Shown here piece by piece: positions 20,856-33,199 of a DNA stretch of 36,136 nucleotides. Location of the stretch: NCBI GenBank assembly GCA_032718475.1, contig JAUCBJ010000666.1, positions 1 to 36,136 of the forward strand, in the 5' to 3' direction. Position numbers and translations under genes: made by a program. The notes beneath the pieces were generated by a model. It saw only the letters and a list, made by a program, of their open reading frames with translations. It was not told the origin of the DNA and did no database searches. Position 1 is the stretch's first letter. Each line of letters opens with the position of its first letter. Source of the DNA: Nemertoderma westbladi. Its lineage: Eukaryota > Animalia > Xenacoelomorpha.

Positions 20856-21613
20856 TTAATTGAAGTCGGAATTCGTGTGCAATTGTTTTCTTTAGATTTA
20901 TACTGTAGACCTACTACCTACTAACTAGACTTAGTCAGTTGTAACTATTAAACAATATCGTACAGTAATTATCCTAAGGCCTCAGGGGGTGGGTTGGGTT
21001 GGTAACACGTGCATGCTCTCATTAAATATTTTAGTTTAATCGTGTTAGGTATAGGTTTAGATTTATTATCTCATTATATTGGATATTATACGAGTCCTAT
21101 GGGCGCAATCAATCAATCAATCAATCAAAAGTGAGTTTTAGCCGTTATGACACAATATGCAGTATTTTTCACTTCTCGGTGATTTTTTATGTTTTTTTAT
21201 TTCGGTTTTGTCGTTTTCAAAGTTAATTTTTAATTAAATTGTGCTTTGATTTAAAGGCCTGATTACATGATTTGCTGTAATCTTTCGCGACTTTACTAAC
21301 ATTCCATGCAGCATGATACTAGTTCGCATGAACTTGTTCTTTGTACGCAGTTATTCATGCTTTATCTGGTGCATAATGGTTTTCTTATAAAAGACTAAAG
21401 CATATGGTTACTACAGTAGTTATTTACAAAAAACTCTAAAACTTACACGCAAAAGAGGTAGGTATCTTCCTTCTTTTACAAACGGATTACTGTAATGTCA
21501 ACATGTAATTTATTTATATAATTTATTTATATATTTATAAATAAATTAATATAAATAATATATATATAATATAAATATTTATATTTATATAATAATTTAT
21601 TTATTTATAGATA

Positions 21614-21864
21614 GGGGGGGGGGGGGGGGGGGGGGGGGGAAACTGGACGCAATAAAAATTTATCCCTCTCCAGGGGAATTTCGACGCAAATAACAGCTGA
21701 TTACTCTCAAAAATAAAACTGTAACCTGTTCTATTGTGCTTAGTTTATGTGTTTTGGTTAAAATAACGTGCCACTGTAACCTGCTCCTTTCCCTAAATTG
21801 AGAATTTAACATTGAGGCGGGATATTAATTCGCCAAGGCGGGTTTTGCGTCCAGTTTCCCCCCC
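21614..21864. mobile_element. Small MITE-like element (~250 bp)
   Basis: Inverted termini (G)n-AAACTGGACGCAA (to 21652) and TTGCGTCCAGTTT-(C)7 (21845-21864). TSD and superfamily not resolved. Confidence 0.65.
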
Positions 21865-22637
21865 TGTCTCGTAATTTAATTGTAGTGGTGCTATGTTTGT
21901 GTAAACATATATATGTACTTTGGAGATCAATAATTACTGAGAACTAAGAATATGAGTTATCAACTGCAATGCATATAATATTATGCATTCGACCCCGCAT
22001 GATCAATATTATACATGACACCCAGCATGATAACTAAATAATTCTTCATCATCCACCCAGTAATACTACCAGTAGGATGTTAAGTCTACAGATGTTACTC
22101 GTAAACTATATACCTACATCTTCACCCCTTCCTATACAAAGGAAGCAAAACAGACACAGGAAAAAACAATAAAAGAGAGCGAGAGTTAGAACTCAATTTA
22201 ATTGAGAATCAACAGTGAGATGTATATGCCTGTAACGAGACCAGTATGTAATAATCTAGTACTCCTGCAGCTGAATCTTCTCATTTTACAGGTTGTGCTC
22301 TCTAATAATTTTTATTTCATAGTTAACTCATTATTTCTCATTATAACAATAACTACTATATCAAAACAATATTGCTGCTATTACCTAAGTTACCTAATAG
22401 GGATGGTGCGCGAAAAAATGTTTCGGGGTATAAACAATTGAATAAGGAGAAACAAGATGCCCTGAATAGCGGAGGCGGGGCATGTTTTTTTTAAAACATG
22501 AGAAAACGGCTTTAAGTAACCACGAGAAGCCAATTTTTAAATCGACGGCTGTGATTGGTTGCTACAGATTGACGTCACTACAACGTGATCTGATAATTTC
22601 TTATCTTGGTTTCTATGGATAGTGATTTTCGAATCAT

Positions 22638-23170
22638 CCAAATACACTTTAAATCTCAATTATTGAACTTATGGATGATATCAATTGAAAATGGAGAGTC
22701 TTGCGCGTCATTTAAACACTACAATTAATTAACTTAATGATGACGAAGATTGATAGAATGCTGTTCACAATTGCAAACTCGGACGTTTGCCTGACTGTAT
22801 GCAACAATCACACAGCCCTATCAGCCTATTGCAGTATTTGAGTATTGCTTGCAGCTAACTTCTTTAAGTTGGGTTTACCAAGCTTAACAGTTGGTAGCCA
22901 GTACAGTTGGTAGACGGTACACATTTTTAATATGCAAGTAGCACTACCAATTATTATAGTACCGGCTGATCGGTATTTAAGTTTAGTGGTATTAAAAATC
23001 TAATCTGTAGGGCTTACTTGCTGCTAGAAATTGTGCAGGAAACATAATTTTATCAATGTTCCCCATCATGAATGGAAATAATTTTAGTGTCAAAAGATGC
23101 GCAAGACTCTCGGTTTCAATTTATATAAGGTACGTGTGAAATGCTTGTGATTTAATGTGTATTTGAAAGG
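22638..23170. repeat. Degenerate long inverted repeat, probably an old MITE
   Basis: CAAATACACTTTAAATCTCAA..ATTGAAA..GAGAGTCTTGCGC..ACACTA (~22640-22725) matches the reverse complement of TAGTGT..GCGCAAGACTCTC..TTTCAAT..TTGTGATTTAATGTGTATTTG (~23085-23166). Confidence 0.6.
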
Positions 23171-23308
23171 CGGCATTAGAACATCCTACTTTCAAGCAGT
23201 CGAGTCTCTGATTGGACGATTTAAATATTAGAATATTCTACCAATAAGAAAGAGCTTGAATTAGGAGGTTCTAATGACAATAATAAAGTAGAGAATGATA
23301 ATCATTCT

Positions 23309-26300
23309 GTTGTGGCCAGCGTGTTGACTCCTCCAGGCCAGCTCACTGATTTTGTTGTGGCCAGCATGCTGACTCCTCCAGGCCAGCTCACTGACTTTGT
23401 TGTGGCCAGCGTGCTAACTCCTCTGTGCCAGCGTGCTGACTCCTCTGGGCCAGCATGCTGCCTACTCTGGGCCAGCGTGCTGACTCCTCCAGGCCAGGTC
23501 ACTGACTTTGTTGTGGACAATATGCTGACTCCTCTGCGCCAGCGTGCTGACTCCTCCAGGCCAGCTCACTGACTTTGTTGTGGCCAGCATGCTGACTCCT
23601 CCAGGCCAGCTCACTGACTTTGTTGTGGCCAGCGTGCTAACTCCTCTGTGCCAGCGTGCTGACTCCTCTGGGCCAGCATGCTGCCTACTCTGGGCCAGCG
23701 TGCTGACTCCTCCAGGCCAGGTCACTGACTTTGTTGTGGCCAGCGTGCTGACTCCTCTGGGCCAGCGTGTTGACTACTCTGGGCCAGCGTGCTGACTCAT
23801 CTGGGCCAGCGTGCTGATTCCTCTGGGCCAGCGTGCTGACTCCTCTGGACCAGCGTGCTGACTCCTCCAGGCCAGCTCACTGACTTTGTTGTGGCCAGCG
23901 TGCTGACTCCTCTGGGCCAGCGTGCTGACTACTCTGGGCCAGCGTGATAACTCCTCTGGGCTAGCGTGCTGACTCCTCTGGGCCAGCGTGCTGACTACTC
24001 TGGGCCAGCGTGATAACAATTCTGGGCTAGCGTGCTGACTTCTCTGGTCCAGTGTGCTGACTCCTCTGGGCTAGCGTGCTGACTCCTCTGGACCAGCGTG
24101 CTGACTCCTCCAGGCCTGCTCACTGACTTTGTTGTGGCCAGCGTGCTAACTCCTCTGGGCCAGCGTGCTGACTACTCTGGGCCAGCATGATAACTCCTCT
24201 GGGCTAGCGTGCTGACTCCTCTGGGCCAGCGTGCTGACTTCTCTGGACGAGCGTTCTGACTCCTCTGGGCCATTGTGCTGATTCCTCCAGGCCAGCTCAC
24301 TGACTTTGTTGTCACTGACTCAGCGTGATGACTCTTCTGGGCCAGCATGCTGACTCCTTCAGGCCAGCTCACTGACTTTGTTGTGGCCAGCGTGATGACT
24401 ACTCAGGGCCATCATGCTGACTCCCCCAGGCCAGCTCACTGACTTTGTTGAGGCCAGCGTGATGACTCCTCTGGGCCAGCGTGCTGCCAGCGTGCTGACT
24501 CCTCTGGGCCAGCTCACTGACTTTGTTGTGGCCAGCGTGATGACTCCTCTGGGCCACCGTGTTGACTCCTCTGGGCCAGCGTGCTGACTACTCTGGGCCA
24601 GCATGCTGACTCCTCTGGGCCAGCTCACTGACTTTGTTGTGGCCTGCGTGATGACTACTCTGGGCCAGCGTGCTGACTCCTCTGGGCCAGCTCACTGCCT
24701 TTGTTGTGGCCAGCGTGATGACTCCTCTGGGCCAGCTCACTGACTTTGTTGTGGCCAGCGTGCTAACTCCTCTGTGCCAGCGTGCTGACTCCTCTGGGCC
24801 AGCATGCTGCCTACTCTGGGCCAGCGTGCTGACTCCTCCAGGCCAGGTCACTGACTTTGTTGTGGACAATATGCTGACTCCTCTGCGCCAGCGTGCTGAC
24901 TCCTCCAGGCCAGCTCACTGACTTTGTTGTGGCCAGCATGCTGACTCCTCCAGGCCAGCTCACTGACTTTGTTGTGGCCAGCGTGCTAACTCCTCTGTGC
25001 CAGCGTGCTGACTCCTCTGGGCCAGCATGCTGCCTACTCTGGGCCAGCGTGCTGACTCCTCCAGGCCAGGTCACTGACTTTGTTGTGGCCAGCGTGCTGA
25101 CTCCTCTGGGCCAGCGTGTTGACTACTCTGGGCCAGCGTGCTGACTCATCTGGGCCAGCGTGCTGATTCCTCTGGGCCAGCGTGCTGACTCCTCTGGACC
25201 AGCGTGCTGACTCCTCCAGGCCAGCTCACTGACTTTGTTGTGGCCAGCGTGCTGACTCCTCTGGGCCAGCGTGCTGACTACTCTGGGCCAGCGTGATAAC
25301 TCCTCTGGGCTAGCGTGCTGACTCCTCTGGGCCAGCGTGCTGACTACTCTGGGCCAGCGTGATAACAATTCTGGGCTAGCGTGCTGACTTCTCTGGTCCA
25401 GTGTGCTGACTCCTCTGGGCTAGCGTGCTGACTCCTCTGGACCAGCGTGCTGACTCCTCCAGGCCTGCTCACTGACTTTGTTGTGGCCAGCGTGCTAACT
25501 CCTCTGGGCCAGCGTGCTGACTACTCTGGGCCAGCATGATAACTCCTCTGGGCTAGCGTGCTGACTCCTCTGGGCCAGCGTGCTGACTTCTCTGGACGAG
25601 CGTTCTGACTCCTCTGGGCCATTGTGCTGATTCCTCCAGGCCAGCTCACTGACTTTGTTGTCACTGACTCAGCGTGATGACTCTTCTGGGCCAGCATGCT
25701 GACTCCTTCAGGCCAGCTCACTGACTTTGTTGTGGCCAGCGTGATGACTACTCAGGGCCATCATGCTGACTCCCCCAGGCCAGCTCACTGACTTTGTTGA
25801 GGCCAGCGTGATGACTCCTCTGGGCCAGCGTGCTGCCAGCGTGCTGACTCCTCTGGGCCAGCTCACTGACTTTGTTGTGGCCAGCATGCTGACTCCTCCA
25901 GGCCAGCTCACTGACTTTGTTGTGGCCAGCGTGCTAACTCCTCTGTGCCAGCGTGCTGACTCCTCTGGGCCAGCATGCTGCCTACTCTGGGCCAGCGTGC
26001 TGACTCCTCCAGGCCAGGTCACTGACTTTGTTGTGGCCAGCGTGCTGACTCCTCTGGGCCAGCGTGTTGACTACTCTGGGCCAGCGTGCTGACTCATCTG
26101 GGCCAGCGTGCTGATTCCTCTGGGCCAGCGTGCTGACTCCTCTGGACCAGCGTGCTGACTCCTCCAGGCCAGCTCACTGACTTTGTTGTGGCCAGCGTGC
26201 TGACTCCTCTGGGCCAGCGTGCTGACTACTCTGGGCCAGCGTGATAACTCCTCTGGGCTAGCGTGCTGACTCCTCTGGGCCAGCGTGCTGACTACTCTGG

Positions 26301-29300
26301 GCCAGCGTGATAACAATTCTGGGCTAGCGTGCTGACTTCTCTGGTCCAGTGTGCTGACTCCTCTGGGCTAGCGTGCTGACTCCTCTGGACCAGCGTGCTG
26401 ACTCCTCCAGGCCTGCTCACTGACTTTGTTGTGGCCAGCGTGCTAACTCCTCTGGGCCAGCGTGCTGACTACTCTGGGCCAGCATGATAACTCCTCTGGG
26501 CTAGCGTGCTGACTCCTCTGGGCCAGCGTGCTGACTTCTCTGGACGAGCGTTCTGACTCCTCTGGGCCATTGTGCTGATTCCTCCAGGCCAGCTCACTGA
26601 CTTTGTTGTCACTGACTCAGCGTGATGACTCTTCTGGGCCAGCATGCTGACTCCTTCAGGCCAGCTCACTGACTTTGTTGTGGCCAGCGTGATGACTACT
26701 CAGGGCCATCATGCTGACTCCCCCAGGCCAGCTCACTGACTTTGTTGAGGCCAGCGTGATGACTCCTCTGGGCCAGCGTGCTGCCAGCGTGCTGACTCCT
26801 CTGGGCCAGCTCACTGACTTTGTTGTGGCCAGCGTGATGACTCCTCTGGGCCACCGTGTTGACTCCTCTGGGCCAGCGTGCTGACTACTCTGGGCCAGCA
26901 TGCTGACTCCTCTGGGCCAGCTCACTGACTTTGTTGTGGCCTGCGTGATGACTACTCTGGGCCAGCGTGCTGACTCCTCTGGGCCAGCTCACTGCCTTTG
27001 TTGTGGCCAGCGTGATGACTCCTCTGGGCCAGCTCACTGACTTTGTTGTGGCCAGCGTGCTAACTCCTCTGTGCCAGCGTGCTGACTCCTCTGGGCCAGC
27101 ATGCTGCCTACTCTGGGCCAGCGTGCTGACTCCTCCAGGCCAGGTCACTGACTTTGTTGTGGACAATATGCTGACTCCTCTGCGCCAGCGTGCTGACTCC
27201 TCCAGGCCAGCTCACTGACTTTGTTGTGGCCAGCATGCTGACTCCTCCAGGCCAGCTCACTGACTTTGTTGTGGCCAGCGTGCTAACTCCTCTGTGCCAG
27301 CGTGCTGACTCCTCTGGGCCAGCATGCTGCCTACTCTGGGCCAGCGTGCTGACTCCTCCAGGCCAGGTCACTGACTTTGTTGTGGCCAGCGTGCTGACTC
27401 CTCTGGGCCAGCGTGTTGACTACTCTGGGCCAGCGTGCTGACTCATCTGGGCCAGCGTGCTGATTCCTCTGGGCCAGCGTGCTGACTCCTCTGGACCAGC
27501 GTGCTGACTCCTCCAGGCCAGCTCACTGACTTTGTTGTGGCCAGCGTGCTGACTCCTCTGGGCCAGCGTGCTGACTACTCTGGGCCAGCGTGATAACTCC
27601 TCTGGGCTAGCGTGCTGACTCCTCTGGGCCAGCGTGCTGACTACTCTGGGCCAGCGTGATAACAATTCTGGGCTAGCGTGCTGACTTCTCTGGTCCAGTG
27701 TGCTGACTCCTCTGGGCTAGCGTGCTGACTCCTCTGGACCAGCGTGCTGACTCCTCCAGGCCTGCTCACTGACTTTGTTGTGGCCAGCGTGCTAACTCCT
27801 CTGGGCCAGCGTGCTGACTACTCTGGGCCAGCATGATAACTCCTCTGGGCTAGCGTGCTGACTCCTCTGGGCCAGCGTGCTGACTTCTCTGGACGAGCGT
27901 TCTGACTCCTCTGGGCCATTGTGCTGATTCCTCCAGGCCAGCTCACTGACTTTGTTGTCACTGACTCAGCGTGATGACTCTTCTGGGCCAGCATGCTGAC
28001 TCCTTCAGGCCAGCTCACTGACTTTGTTGTGGCCAGCGTGATGACTACTCAGGGCCATCATGCTGACTCCCCCAGGCCAGCTCACTGACTTTGTTGAGGC
28101 CAGCGTGATGACTCCTCTGGGCCAGCGTGCTGCCAGCGTGCTGACTCCTCTGGGCCAGCTCACTGACTTTGTTGTGGCCAGCGTGATGACTCCTCTGGGC
28201 CACCGTGTTGACTCCTCTGGGCCAGCGTGCTGACTACTCTGGGCCAGCATGCTGACTCCTCTGGGCCAGCTCACTGACTTTGTTGTGGCCTGCGTGATGA
28301 CTACTCTGGGCCAGCGTGCTGACTCCTCTGGGCCAGCTCACTGCCTTTGTTGTGGCCAGCGTGATGACTCCTCTGGGCCAGCTCACTGACTTTGTTGTGG
28401 CCAGCGTGCTAACTCCTCTGTGCCAGCGTGCTGACTCCTCTGGGCCAGCATGCTGCCTACTCTGGGCCAGCGTGCTGACTCCTCCAGGCCAGGTCACTGA
28501 CTTTGTTGTGGACAACATGCTGACTCCTCTGCGCCAGCGTGCTGACTCCTCCAGGCCAGCTCACTGACTTTGTTGTGGCCAGCATGCTGACTCCTCCAGG
28601 CCAGCTCACTGAATTTGTTGTGGCCAGCGTGCTAACTCCTCTGTGCCAGCGTGCTGACTCCTCTGGGCCAGCATGCTGCCTACTCTGGGCTAGCGTGCTG
28701 ACTCCTCCAGGCCAGGTCACTGACTTTGTTGTGGCCAGCGTGCTGACTCCTCTGGGCCAGCGTGTTGACTACTCTGGGCCAGCGTGCTGACTCATCTGGG
28801 CCAGCGTGCTGATTCCTCTGGGCCAGCGTGCTGACTCCTCTGGACCAGCGTGCTGACTCCTCCAGGCCAGCTCACTGACTTTGTTGTGGCCAGGGTGCTG
28901 ACTCCTCTGGGCCAGCGTGCTGACTACTCTGGGCCAGCGTGATAACTCCTCTGGGCTAGCGTGCTGACTCCTCTGGGCCAGCGTGCTGACTACTCTGGGC
29001 CAGCGTGATAACAATTCTGGGCTAGCGTGCTGACTTCTCTGGTCCAGTGTGCTGACTCCTCTGGGCTAGCGTGCTGACTCCTCTGGACCAGCGTGCTGAC
29101 TCCTCCAGGCCTGCTCACTGACTTTGTTGTGGCCAGCGTGCTAACTCCTCTGGGCCAGCGTGCTGACTACTCTGGGCCAGCGTGATAACTCCTCTGGGCT
29201 AGCGTGCTGACTCCTCTGGGCCAGCGTGCTGACTTCTCTGGACGAGCGTTCTGACTCCTCTGGGCCATCGTGCTGATTCCTCCAGGCCAGCTCACTGACT

Positions 29301-31493
29301 TTGTTGTCACTGACTCAGCGTGATGACTCTTCTGGGCCAGCATGCTGACTCCTTCAGGCCAGCTCACTGACTTTGTTGTGGCCAGCGTGATGACTACTCA
29401 GGGCCATCATGCTGACTCCCCCAGGCCAGCTCACTGACTTTGTTGAGGCCAGCGTGATGACTCCTCTGGGCCAGCGTGCTGCCAGCGTGCTGACTCCTCT
29501 GGGCCAGCTCACTGACTTTGTTGTGGCCAGCGTGATGACTCCTCTGGGCCAGCGTGTTGACTCCTCTGGGCCAGCGTGCTGACTACTCTGGGCCAGCATG
29601 CTGACTCCTCTGGGCCAGCTCACTGACTTTGTTGTGGCCTGCGTGATGACTACTCTGGGCCAGCGTGCTGACTCCTCTGGGCCAGCTCACTGCCTTTGTT
29701 GTGGCCAGCGTGATGACTCCTCTGGGCCAGCGTGTTGACTCCTCTGGGCCAGCGTGATGACTCCTCTGTGCCAGCGTGCTGACTCCTCTGGGCCAGCGTG
29801 TTGACTCCTCTGGGCCAGCACGCTGACTCCTCTGGGCCAGCGTGCTGACTCCTCTGGGCCAGCATGCTGACTCATCCAGGCCAGCTCGCTGACTTTGTTG
29901 TGGCCAGCGTGCTGAATCCTCCAGGCCAGCTGACTGACTTTGTTGTGGCCACCGTGATGACTCCTCTGGGCCAGCATGCTGACTCCTCCATGCCAGCTCA
30001 CTGACTTTGTTCTGGCCAGCGTGCTGACTCCTCTGGGCCACCGTGCTGACTCCTCCAGGCCAGCGTGCTGACTCCTCTGGGCCACTGTGCTGACTCCTCT
30101 GGGCCAGCATGCTGACTCCAGCAGGCCAGCTCACTGACTTTGTTGTGGCCAGCGTGCTGACTCCTCTGGGCCAGCATGCTGACTCGTCCAGGCCAGCTCA
30201 CTGACTTTGTTGTGGACAGCGTGATGTCTCCACTGGGCCAGCATGCTGACTCCTCCAGGCCAGCTCACTGACTTTGTTGTGGCCAGCGTGATGACTCCTC
30301 TGGGTCAGCATGCTGACTCCTCCAGGCCAGCTCACTGACTTTGTTGTGGCCAGCGTGATGACTCCTCTGGGCCAGCGTTCTGACTCCTCTGGGCCAGCGT
30401 GCTGACTCCTCCATGCCAGCTCACTGACTTTGTTGTGGCCAGCGTGCTGACTCCTCTGGGCCAGCGTGCTGACTCCTCTGGGCCAGCGTGCTGACTCCTC
30501 TGAGCCAGCGTGCTGACTCCTGTGGGCCAGTATGTTGACTCCTCTGGGCCAGCGTGCTTACTCCTCTGAGCCAGTGTGCTGACTCCTCTGGGCCAGCGTG
30601 CTGACTCCTTTGGGCCAGGTCACTGATTTTGTTGTGGCCAGCGTGCTGACTACTCTGGGCCAGCGTGCTGACTCCTCTAGGCCAGCTCACTGACTTTGTT
30701 GTGGCCAGCGTGATGACTCCTCTGGGCCAGCGTGCTGACTCCTCTGGGCCAGCGTGCTGACTCCTTTGGGCCAGCTCACTGATTTTGTTGTGACCAGCGT
30801 GCTGACTACTCTGGGCCAGCGTGCTGACTCCTCTGGGCCAGCTCACTGACTTTGTTGTGGCCAGCGTGATGACTCCTCTGGGCCAGCGTGTTGACTCCTC
30901 TAGGCCAGCGTGTTGACTCCTCTAGGCCAGCGTGCTGACTTCTCTGTGCCAGCGTGCTGACTCCTCTGGGCCAGCGTGCTGACTCCTGTGGGCCAGCGTG
31001 CTGACTCCTCCAGGCCAGCGTGCTGACTCCTCCAGGCCAGCGTGCTGACTCCTCCAGGCCAGCATGCTGACTCCTCCAGGCCAGCATGCTGACTCCTCTG
31101 GACCAGCGTGCTGACTCCTCTAGGCCAGCTTGCTGACTCCTCTGGGCCAGCGTGCTGACTCCTCTGGGCCAGCGTGCTGACTCCTCCAGGCCAGCTCACT
31201 GACTTTGTTGTAGCCAACGTAATGACTCCTCTGGGCCAGCATGCTGACTCCTCCAGGTCAGCTCACTGACTTTGTTGTGACCAGCAGCATGCTGACTCCT
31301 CCAGGCCAGCTCACAGACTTTGTTGTGACCAGCGTGCTGACTCCTCCATGCCAGTTCGCCGAATTTGTTGTGGCCAGTGTGCTGACTCCTCCAGTCCAGC
31401 TTACTGACTTTGTTGTGGCCAGTGTGCTGACTCCACCCATCCAGCTTACTGACTTTGTTGTGGCCAGCTCACTGACTTTGTTGTGGCCAGCAT
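23309..31493. repeat. GC-rich satellite of 22-bp and 23-bp monomers with a 1349-bp higher-order repeat
   Basis: Monomer A CCAGCGTGCTGACTCCTCTGGG (22 bp); monomer B CCAGCTCACTGACTTTGTTGTGG (23 bp). Matching ORF-track entries recur at offsets 1349, 948, 1349, 1349 (23774, 25123, 26071, 27420, 28769). Confidence 0.97.
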
Positions 31494-32123
31494 TGTGATG
31501 GGAATCAGGAGATGGTTACTAAATCCCGACCGGTGTGTTGTCTTGGTATTATACGCGTCGCCGCATCCGTAGGCTGCTGAAAGGCTGTGGTCAGGATATA
31601 ATATAATAGGCTGGAGGCCGTTGAAATAACTCAGTTTTAGTCTCAGTTGTTATAATCACAGAACATAATAATAGCACAGTCAGAATATAATAGCACGGTA
31701 ATAACGACGACGATTAAAAACCATTCCGGTCTCACAACTTTACAGATACCAACTGAATCATAATCCACAAGTACAACGGTTATATATTATTAACACATAT
31801 TAATCACTGCTACTGTATTGAGTGGTCTGGCCAATAGATGCGTTCCAATCACCTGTTTTCCCTTCCCATCATTGGCTAACCCAATTGATTTCCATCTTGC
31901 CACTCCATGCTGCCACTATCCCCACGTGCTAGCCCTGCTAGCCCCTTTGTCCCTTTGAGATGGCTTATGGCCTCTCAACTCTATACGTGGCCGGCAGTGT
32001 GTGTTGCCTGAGTTGGTTATTAGGTGACATTATATTTGTAATGTCACCTTCCCAACTGTAATTTGTAAAAAGCCACTTCGCCCATTTCCCGCTGGGTAGT
32101 GCAGGGAATTGAATCCGCTTACA
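31494..32123 (-). repeat. Putative 3' LTR (~630 bp)
   Basis: On the minus strand it begins TGTAAGC right after a polypurine tract and ends CATCACA exactly where the satellite stops. The partner LTR is not in the window, so the distal end is inferred. Confidence 0.65.
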
Positions 32124-32140
32124 CCCACCCCCCCCCCCCC
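32124..32140 (-). other. Polypurine tract (plus-strand primer)
   Basis: Minus strand G13-T-GGG immediately precedes the TGTAAG start of the putative LTR. Confidence 0.65.
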
Positions 32141-33199
32141 ATGCTATCTTCCCGGTGAGAAGATAGCATCAACCTTTAGTGCACTTCAATTCCATTGGAA
32201 TCCAATCTAATATTGGATGTGGGGTGGAATTCTCTTCTCGGGGTCAGCATTTCCAGGCTGGCCCCCATGGGTCTGTTTTCACTACCCATCCTTGGTACAT
32301 CTGCGAGCTAAGCTGTACCAAGGCATCTGGCGTCTCTGCTTTAGACGATCGCCCTCACTCCTCACACAATTCTATCTCTCGGACTTTGTTGTCCTTTCCT
32401 CTTTCGCCAGTCCCTTAGGACTCATCCCCCTCCATGCTCGCTCCCCAAGCTTGAGTCTTGCACCCTTTTACTTTGCCATACCCTAACACCTCCTCCCCAT
32501 ACTCCTCCCATACTCAACCCGTTTTCGCTGTCACTCTCTACACACTCTTATCGGGTCTCACGCATGTGTGCACCATGTCAGTGAGATCCGTCATTGTCCC
32601 GTTCTCCTGTTTCAGTCAATTAGTCCCCAGTCCCAGTAGCTAATTGGAAAAGGTTATATCTGACTATGATACGTATATATTGATTATATATTTATTGTAT
32701 ATATATATATGTATATATTGATTAGTTACCTATGTACATACTAATTGCACTTAGTTAAATTGCACTTAGGAGTTGTTTGTACTGGTCTGTCCATGTGGTG
32801 CCTTCCAGGCACATTGACATCGCCTGTCCTAGAGTTCTACATCGCTCCTCCCGCACCCTCCGGGAACCATCTAAGTTCCTTGTCCCTATCGTCATCCTGT
32901 CTGGGTCGCTTCCTCCCTTCCTGTTTACCCTTGAGGCTACTCATCCTCGCTGATACCGTCTTACCAAGCCCCACTGTTGGTTCTTTGGGCGTGGGTGTTA
33001 TTAACTCACGGTATCGCTTCGCAGGTGGTCCCACTGTGTGTCCCTCCTGTCTCCCCCTGGTAGCATCCCACAAGATCATCTTCATCGCACGCGGCACGTG
33101 TTCCACCAGAAAGTCCCTGAATTCGATCCTATTTTCTGATGACCATCTGTCCAGATATCTTTGGGTGTTGATGACCCCTCCGTATGATGCCGCTGTCGC

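Noticed and set aside
21106-21127. (CAAT)n as the tail of another LINE or SINE
   Set aside because: No recognisable element body upstream; indistinguishable from a plain microsatellite.
23309-31493. CRISPR array
   Set aside because: Monomers are contiguous with no unique spacers, there are no cas genes, and the context is eukaryotic.
23302-31498. Many short ORFs in the satellite as a repetitive protein gene
   Set aside because: Monomers of 22 and 23 bp shift frame constantly, stops are frequent, and similar ORFs appear on both strands.
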